DNA of 64,000 nucleotides from Acidobacteriota bacterium (GTDB lineage: Bacteria > Acidobacteriota > UBA6911 > RPQK01 > JACQSY01): NCBI GenBank assembly GCA_016211085.1, contig JACQSY010000015.1:12041-76040 (forward strand), read 5' to 3'. The position numbers were made by a program, and so were the translations under genes. The first letter of the stretch is position 1; each line of letters begins with the position of its first letter. Shown here piece after piece: positions 58,661-64,000 of the stretch. Under the pieces are notes generated by a model, which was given only the letters and a program-made list of their open reading frames with translations, was not told the origin of the DNA and searched no databases.

Positions 58661-61441
58661 GTGTCTGAATCTGTTGATTTAAAGTCTACGCTTAATCTTC
58701 CCCGTACCGATTTTTCAATGAAGGCAAGTCTGCCTGTCAACGAGCCACGCTTTCTCAAGCGCTGGGAAGAAATGCGACTGTACGAGAAAATCAGACAAGC
58801 CCGCGGCAACCGACCGACGTTTGTCCTCCATGACGGCCCGCCTTATGCCAATGGCCACATCCACCTGGGCCATGCGCTTAATAAGATTCTCAAGGATTTT
58901 ATCGTCAAATGCCGAACCATGGCCGGCTTCAATTCCCCCTACGTTCCCGGATGGGATTGCCATGGTTTACCCATTGAAATTAAGGTGGTCGGGAAAAAAC
59001 GAGTGGTGACCAACCCTCTGACCATTCGCAAGCAGTGCCGGGAGTATGCACAGAAATATGTGGAGATTCAAAGAGAGGAATTCAAACGACTGGCGATATT
59101 TGGCGAGTGGGATACGCCCTATCTGACCATGAGCAACCACTATGAGGCGGAAACTGCACGTCTCCTGGGCAGATTTGTCGAGAAAGGGAGCGTGTACCGA
59201 GCTCTCAAGCCGGTCCACTGGTGCGTCTCGTGCGAAACCGCTCTGGCGGAAGCTGAAGTAGAGTATCAGGATCACACCAGTCCGTCCATCTATGTGAAAT
59301 TCCCTATCATCAAGGGGGCTGAGAAATTAAACGGATCATCACGGCCGTTCCATGTCCTGATCTGGACCACCACTCCCTGGACCTTACCCGCTAATCTGGC
59401 CATCTGCTTTCATCCGGATTTTGAATACGCGCGGGTCGACACCGATGTCGAGTCCTATATTATCGCCCGCCAGTTGGTGGAACGTGTTATGCAGGAATGC
59501 GGCGTGGCTGATTACAAGATCGGCGCCACATTTCCAGGTTCTGTTTTACTTGGCATTACCTCCAGACATCCCTGGATCGAACGAGAATCGCGTAGTCTTC
59601 TCGCAAAACACGTCACCCTCGAGCATGGGACTGGAGCCGTGCATACGGCCCCGGGTCACGGACAAGAAGATTACGAAATCGGAGTGGAGCACGGGCTTGA
59701 CATTTATTGCCCGGTCGACAGCTCCGGAAAGTTTTCTTCAGAGGTGGAGCCTTTCGGGGGGCTTTCAGTGTTCGATGCTAATTCCAAAATCAATCAGCTG
59801 CTGGCTCGCAACGGTATGCTTCTGGCCGAGCGAAATATTCAGCACAGCTATCCCCACTGCTGGAGGTGCCATAATCCGGTCATTTTTCGCGCCACTCCCC
59901 AATGGTTCATCAGTATGGAGCATGATGGGCTTCGGCAAAAATCCCTGGAGGCAATCAAGAAGGTTCGCTGGATCCCGGCCTGGGGGGAGGATCGAATCAG
60001 CAACATGATTGCGAATCGCCCGGACTGGTGTATCAGCCGACAGAGAGTATGGGGGGTTCCCATCATCGTTTTCTACTGTACTTCCTGTCGAAAGCCGCTG
60101 TTAAAAGCCGACATCATTTATCGCATCGCCGATATTTTCGCTCAGGAAAGCGCCGATGCCTGGTACTCTCGATCCGTCCAAGAATTGCTCCCTCATAGGA
60201 TCCAATGTGAATGCGGCGGTGCCGATTTCGAAAAGGAATTCGATATTCTGGATGTATGGTTCGACTCCGGCGTCAGCCACTCCGTGGTTCTGCAAGGGAG
60301 GAACGATCTTCCCTGGCCCGCTGATGTCTACTTGGAGGGCGGGGACCAATATCGCGGCTGGTTTCATAGTTCTCTTCTTGTCGCGGCTGGCGTTCGTAGC
60401 ACCGCACCTTATCGGACTGTCATCTGTAACGGATGGACCCTGGATGCAGAAGGCCGGGCCATGTCGAAGTCGCTCGGAAACGTCATCTCCCCGCTGGATG
60501 TCATGAAAACCGATGGAGCGGAGATTCTGCGCCTATGGGTGGCTTCGATTGATTATACCGAGGATGTGCGCCTCGGAGAGGAGATCCTCTCCCGCCTTCG
60601 CGACGCTTACCGGAAGTTCCGCAACACCCACCGTTTCATGCTGGGCAACCTTTACGATTACGAAATCTCCAACACTGTGCCCCAAGAAGCACTGCCGGAA
60701 CTGGACCGTTGGGCTCTGGCTCGACTGGCTCAAATAGCCAGGATTTCTCAAGACGGCTACCAACGTTATGAGTTCCATGTCGTGTACCACACATTGTTCA
60801 ACTTCTGCGTACAGGACCTTTCCAGCTTTTACCTGGACATCATCAAGGACCGGCTTTACACCTCTGCTCCCCATTCTCACGGTCGGCGCTCAGCTCAAAG
60901 CACAATATTTATAATCACTGATACACTAGTGCGCCTGTTGGCGCCTCTTCTGCCGGTTACCTCCGAAGAGATCTGGCTCAAGCTTCACAAAAGCGACGCT
61001 CCCTTTGAATCGGTGCATCTTGCCGAATTTTCAGATCAGGTGAGTCGGTACGAAGATGGAGCGCTTTTAAACCGCTGGCAACGTTTTCGCGAACTGCGAT
61101 CCTACGTCAGCAAAGCGCTCGAGGAGAGTAGACAACAAAAGTACATTGGTAACTCCCTGGAAGCGCGGGTGGAGCTTCGCTGCGGAGAGCAAGTGTATGA
61201 GTTTTTGAGCAGCATGGGGGACGACTTGAAAGCCTATTTCATCGTCTCTGAAGTCAAGCTGGACTTGCAGCCCGATCTGCCTGCCCAGGCGATGGAAGTG
61301 AAGATCTCCAGGGCTCCGGGGTTGAAATGTGATCGCTGCTGGACTTATTCCGAGACGGTCGGCAAGAGACCCGATCTACCTACGGTGTGTTCGCGATGCT
61401 ATTTGGTGTTGCAGGAAGTCACTCCGCCGTTACGGTTCTGA
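58661..61441 (+). CDS. ileS: Isoleucyl-tRNA synthetase (type 1)
   Basis: [37 protein letters not shown]-terminal CDRCW...CSRC. Confidence 0.98.
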   Translation: MSESVDLKSTLNLPRTDFSMKASLPVNEPRFLKRWEEMRLYEKIRQARGNRPTFVLHDGPPYANGHIHLGHALNKILKDFIVKCRTMAGFNSPYVPGWDCHGLPIEIKVVGKKRVVTNPLTIRKQCREYAQKYVEIQREEFKRLAIFGEWDTPYLTMSNHYEAETARLLGRFVEKGSVYRALKPVHWCVSCETALAEAEVEYQDHTSPSIYVKFPIIKGAEKLNGSSRPFHVLIWTTTPWTLPANLAICFHPDFEYARVDTDVESYIIARQLVERVMQECGVADYKIGATFPGSVLLGITSRHPWIERESRSLLAKHVTLEHGTGAVHTAPGHGQEDYEIGVEHGLDIYCPVDSSGKFSSEVEPFGGLSVFDANSKINQLLARNGMLLAERNIQHSYPHCWRCHNPVIFRATPQWFISMEHDGLRQKSLEAIKKVRWIPAWGEDRISNMIANRPDWCISRQRVWGVPIIVFYCTSCRKPLLKADIIYRIADIFAQESADAWYSRSVQELLPHRIQCECGGADFEKEFDILDVWFDSGVSHSVVLQGRNDLPWPADVYLEGGDQYRGWFHSSLLVAAGVRSTAPYRTVICNGWTLDAEGRAMSKSLGNVISPLDVMKTDGAEILRLWVASIDYTEDVRLGEEILSRLRDAYRKFRNTHRFMLGNLYDYEISNTVPQEALPELDRWALARLAQIARISQDGYQRYEFHVVYHTLFNFCVQDLSSFYLDIIKDRLYTSAPHSHGRRSAQSTIFIITDTLVRLLAPLLPVTSEEIWLKLHKSDAPFESVHLAEFSDQVSRYEDGALLNRWQRFRELRSYVSKALEESRQQKYIGNSLEARVELRCGEQVYEFLSSMGDDLKAYFIVSEVKLDLQPDLPAQAMEVKISRAPGLKCDRCWTYSETVGKRPDLPTVCSRCYLVLQEVTPPLRF

Positions 61442-61932
61442 TGAAAGACATGCCTACTTTTTTCACCTTGCGAGCAGGCGCTTTGTCTTTGGGACTGCTG
61501 GTATTTGCGCTTGATTGGCTCACCAAGTATTGGATAAAGCATTCTGAGTGGTTACATTATCATCCAGTAATTCCGGGGTTCTTTACCATTCATTACGTTC
61601 AGAACCGCGGAATAGCATTTGGATTGTTTCATTCCATCGAGTCCGACTGGAAACCGCTGTTGCTGTCAGTCTTTGCTTTTTTTGGCCTTTTCATTGTCCT
61701 TTACTACATCTGGAAAACTCCGGAAAAACGTTGGCTGCCCTTTGTCTCGCTCGGCATGCTGCTGGGAGGTATTCTGGGAAATCTCACCGATCGTATCTGG
61801 AATGGTTCCGTGGTCGATTTCCTGGAGCTGCATTGGGGAGAAGTATACAGCTGGCCCACATTTAATATTGCCGATTCTGCAATTACCGTAGGAGTATTTC
61901 TCCTTATTTACGAGACATTTTTTTCCAAATGA
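61441..61932 (+). CDS. lspA: Lipoprotein signal peptidase
   Basis: D..TK, NRGIAFG, GNLTDR, VVDF, FNIAD; start overlaps the ileS stop. Confidence 0.96.
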   Translation: MKDMPTFFTLRAGALSLGLLVFALDWLTKYWIKHSEWLHYHPVIPGFFTIHYVQNRGIAFGLFHSIESDWKPLLLSVFAFFGLFIVLYYIWKTPEKRWLPFVSLGMLLGGILGNLTDRIWNGSVVDFLELHWGEVYSWPTFNIADSAITVGVFLLIYETFFSK

Positions 61933-61966
61933 TAAAGATCGTGTTAATGCTCCACCCCAAATCGAA

Positions 61967-62647
61967 GTGATGACACATCATTTCTTTCAAAAACGATACG
62001 CTTTTCGGCCGGTGGTTTTGGTCTTTCTGCATTGTTTCCTTCCCGCTTTTGCGCAGACCCCGAGCCCTCGAGAGATCCTCGCGCGAGTCGAGGCGAGATA
62101 TCGATCATTACATACCCTCTCAGCGCAATTCGAGCAGGTCTTTCGAGGAGGCCCGACCGAAAAACGCGAGAGTGGGATTGTTTTCATGAAGAGGCCTGGG
62201 AAGATGTACTGGGAATATCGCAACCCCACAGCCAAGGTCTTCGTGGCAGATGGCAAGCGGAGCTACTTCTACGTCCCGCAGGACCGCCACGTCATCGTTT
62301 CCGAATTGGACACGACGAAATCGGGCAACCCGCTTTTATTCCTACTTGGACAGGGGGAGCTCGAGCGCGATTTTACTGTAGAAAGGGAGAACGCGCTGGG
62401 AGGTCAAACACTGGGAAATGTGCTGCTGCGGCTTTCTCCCAAACAACCTTCAGCGGAGTTCGCATCCGTGGTGATCGAAGTAGATCCAGATCAGAGCTAT
62501 GCTATCCGCCGTTTGATCGTTTTTGAGCACGTCGGGAATCAAAACGAGTATATCTTTACCCATGTTCTGGAAAATATCCCTATCCCTGATCGCCGTTTTG
62601 AGTTTAAGGTGCCTGCGGGCACAAAAGTCATCCAGGCCAACGGCTAG
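61967..62647 (+). CDS. lolA: Outer-membrane lipoprotein chaperone LolA
   Basis: Signal peptide; AQFEQ, KRPGKMYWEY..P...VADG, FEFKVP.G. Confidence 0.9.
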   Translation: MMTHHFFQKRYAFRPVVLVFLHCFLPAFAQTPSPREILARVEARYRSLHTLSAQFEQVFRGGPTEKRESGIVFMKRPGKMYWEYRNPTAKVFVADGKRSYFYVPQDRHVIVSELDTTKSGNPLLFLLGQGELERDFTVERENALGGQTLGNVLLRLSPKQPSAEFASVVIEVDPDQSYAIRRLIVFEHVGNQNEYIFTHVLENIPIPDRRFEFKVPAGTKVIQANG

Positions 62648-62732
62648 TATCTCAGAGCACAAATAAGCGTACGATTGCGAGTGGAGTTTGTGATGCGAGG
62701 TCAAGGAGCGAGAAACAGGAACGCTCCCTTGA
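62644..62732 (+). repeat. Partial copy of CTAG-bounded repeat family overlapping the lolA stop, ending in a hairpin
   Basis: CTAG contains the TAG stop; aligns with 2565-2640 (minus); GCGAGGTCAAGGA shared with the 40172 element (minus); TCAAGGAGCG...CGCTCCCTTGA stem. Confidence 0.65.
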
Positions 62733-62955
62733 AAAGCTAAAGTAGTTGATTCTATTTGGATAGGGTCTTCCTGCTATTGATGGGCCGCAGGCTCATGGAC
62801 ATTCGTTGACGTTCAGGTCGCGGCCCCCATCAAACGCGGGGTCGTCTTGGCGCTGTCAAATTGCCAGACTGCCTGCTTCTCCATTGACCATCGGTAGGCG
62901 AGCCGTAGAGAATGTGCATTACTTTAGGATCAACGGTTTTGTTTAGGAGTGCCGA

Positions 62956-63966
62956 TTGAGTAAAACGAGAGCCACCATTACTGCGCTGGGGGTGTATTTC
63001 CCCGAAAAACGCGTTACAAACCTGGACATGGCGAAGGTCGTCAATACTTCAGACGAGTGGATCCGTGAACGTACCGGTATTGTGGAGCGCAGGATGATCC
63101 AGGCTGGGCAGTCCAATAGCGATCTTTCCGCCAAGGCCATCGAAGATGCATTACGCGATCGCAAGGTGGATCCAAGCGAGCTGGATTTAATCATCGTGGC
63201 TACGGTGACGCCCGACATGATGTTTCCCTCGACGGCGTGTATCATCCAAGAAAAGATCGGCGCCAGAAAGGCATGGGGCTTTGATCTTTCGGGCGCCTGT
63301 TCCGGTTTTCTTTACGCGCTGGCAACCGGTGCTCAGTTTATCCAGAACAACCTCTACAAGAAGGTCCTGATTGTCGGCACCGACGTAATGAGCTCGATTT
63401 TGAATTTTGAAGATCGGACCACGTGTATTCTTTTTGGCGATGGCGCGGGAGCTGTGCTGCTGGAGCCCAGCACCGAGGATAATTTGGGAATACTTGATTT
63501 CATTCTGCGCAGCGACGGTGCCGGAGGGAAATTCCTGTATATGCCTGGAGGAGGAAGCCTGCATCCTGCCTCTCACGAGACAGTGGACAAAAAAATGCAC
63601 TATGTACACCAGGACGGGCGCAATGTTTTTAAGTTCGCAGTGAAATGGATGAGCGAAGCATGTGAGGAATTGTTGCGGAGAAACGGCCTCACTTCGGAAG
63701 ATGTGAGTTTGTACGTGCCACACCAGGCCAACTTACGAATAATAAATTCCAGCGTCGAGCGCCTGAAACTCCCTCCAGAACGTGTCGTCATCAATATCGA
63801 TCGTTATGCAAATACTACCGCCGCAACCATCCCCAGCGGGCTGACTGAAGCCTATCGCTGCGGGCGCTTAAAAAAAGGGAGTCTGGTGCTGATGGCCAGT
63901 TTCGGTGCTGGATTCACCTGGGGAAGCATGCTGCTGCGATGGGGCCTTGAGCCAAAAAAGCCTTAG
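62956..63966 (+). CDS. fabH: 3-oxoacyl-ACP synthase III
   Basis: AGGAG RBS and TTG start; TSDEWI.ERTGI, GACSGF, LFGDGAGA, PHQAN, GAGFTWG. Confidence 0.97.
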   Translation: MSKTRATITALGVYFPEKRVTNLDMAKVVNTSDEWIRERTGIVERRMIQAGQSNSDLSAKAIEDALRDRKVDPSELDLIIVATVTPDMMFPSTACIIQEKIGARKAWGFDLSGACSGFLYALATGAQFIQNNLYKKVLIVGTDVMSSILNFEDRTTCILFGDGAGAVLLEPSTEDNLGILDFILRSDGAGGKFLYMPGGGSLHPASHETVDKKMHYVHQDGRNVFKFAVKWMSEACEELLRRNGLTSEDVSLYVPHQANLRIINSSVERLKLPPERVVINIDRYANTTAATIPSGLTEAYRCGRLKKGSLVLMASFGAGFTWGSMLLRWGLEPKKP

Positions 63967-64000
63967 GGCAATTAAATCAATTCAGCGCAACTGAAAATCG

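Noticed and set aside
1-64000. CRISPR arrays, tRNA/rRNA genes, transposases, prophage genes, selA/selB/selC/selD
   Set aside because: None recognised by eye in this window; not confirmed by any computational scan

Overview
A gene-dense, mid-to-high GC (roughly 55% by eye) bacterial core-chromosome segment. Gene content suggests Acidobacteriota: an acidobacterial-type VWA protein, a fused AroD-AroE, TonB with a Gly-rich linker, lpxC, and radA-PIN/TRAM-ispD-ispF. About 55 CDS, mostly housekeeping (glgB, rph/rdgB, lpxC, PBP1, thrB, uvrC, tdk, ispDEF, radA, alr, dnaB, rplI/rpsR/rpsF, hppA, pth, rplY, prs, ileS, lspA, lolA, fabH). I saw no rRNA, tRNA, CRISPR array or transposase. The ORF track misses several things. 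(1) A hidden exported selenoprotein candidate at 55344-56270 (-), with a signal peptide, an in-frame TGA in a C-G-U motif, a SECIS-like hairpin right after it, and a UshA-like fold that has lost its metal ligands. (2) A dispersed family of CT(A)AG-bounded, highly structured, non-coding palindromic elements: two complete copies with terminal inverted repeats and matching 5-bp flanks, plus about three partial copies. (3) Repeated leaderless promoter architecture, and a sigma-54-type motif before lpxC. (4) Two probable pseudo-enzymes: an ATPase-dead hybrid histidine kinase and an NDP-sugar pyrophosphorylase with an altered motif. All protein assignments are by motif recognition only; no database searches were run.
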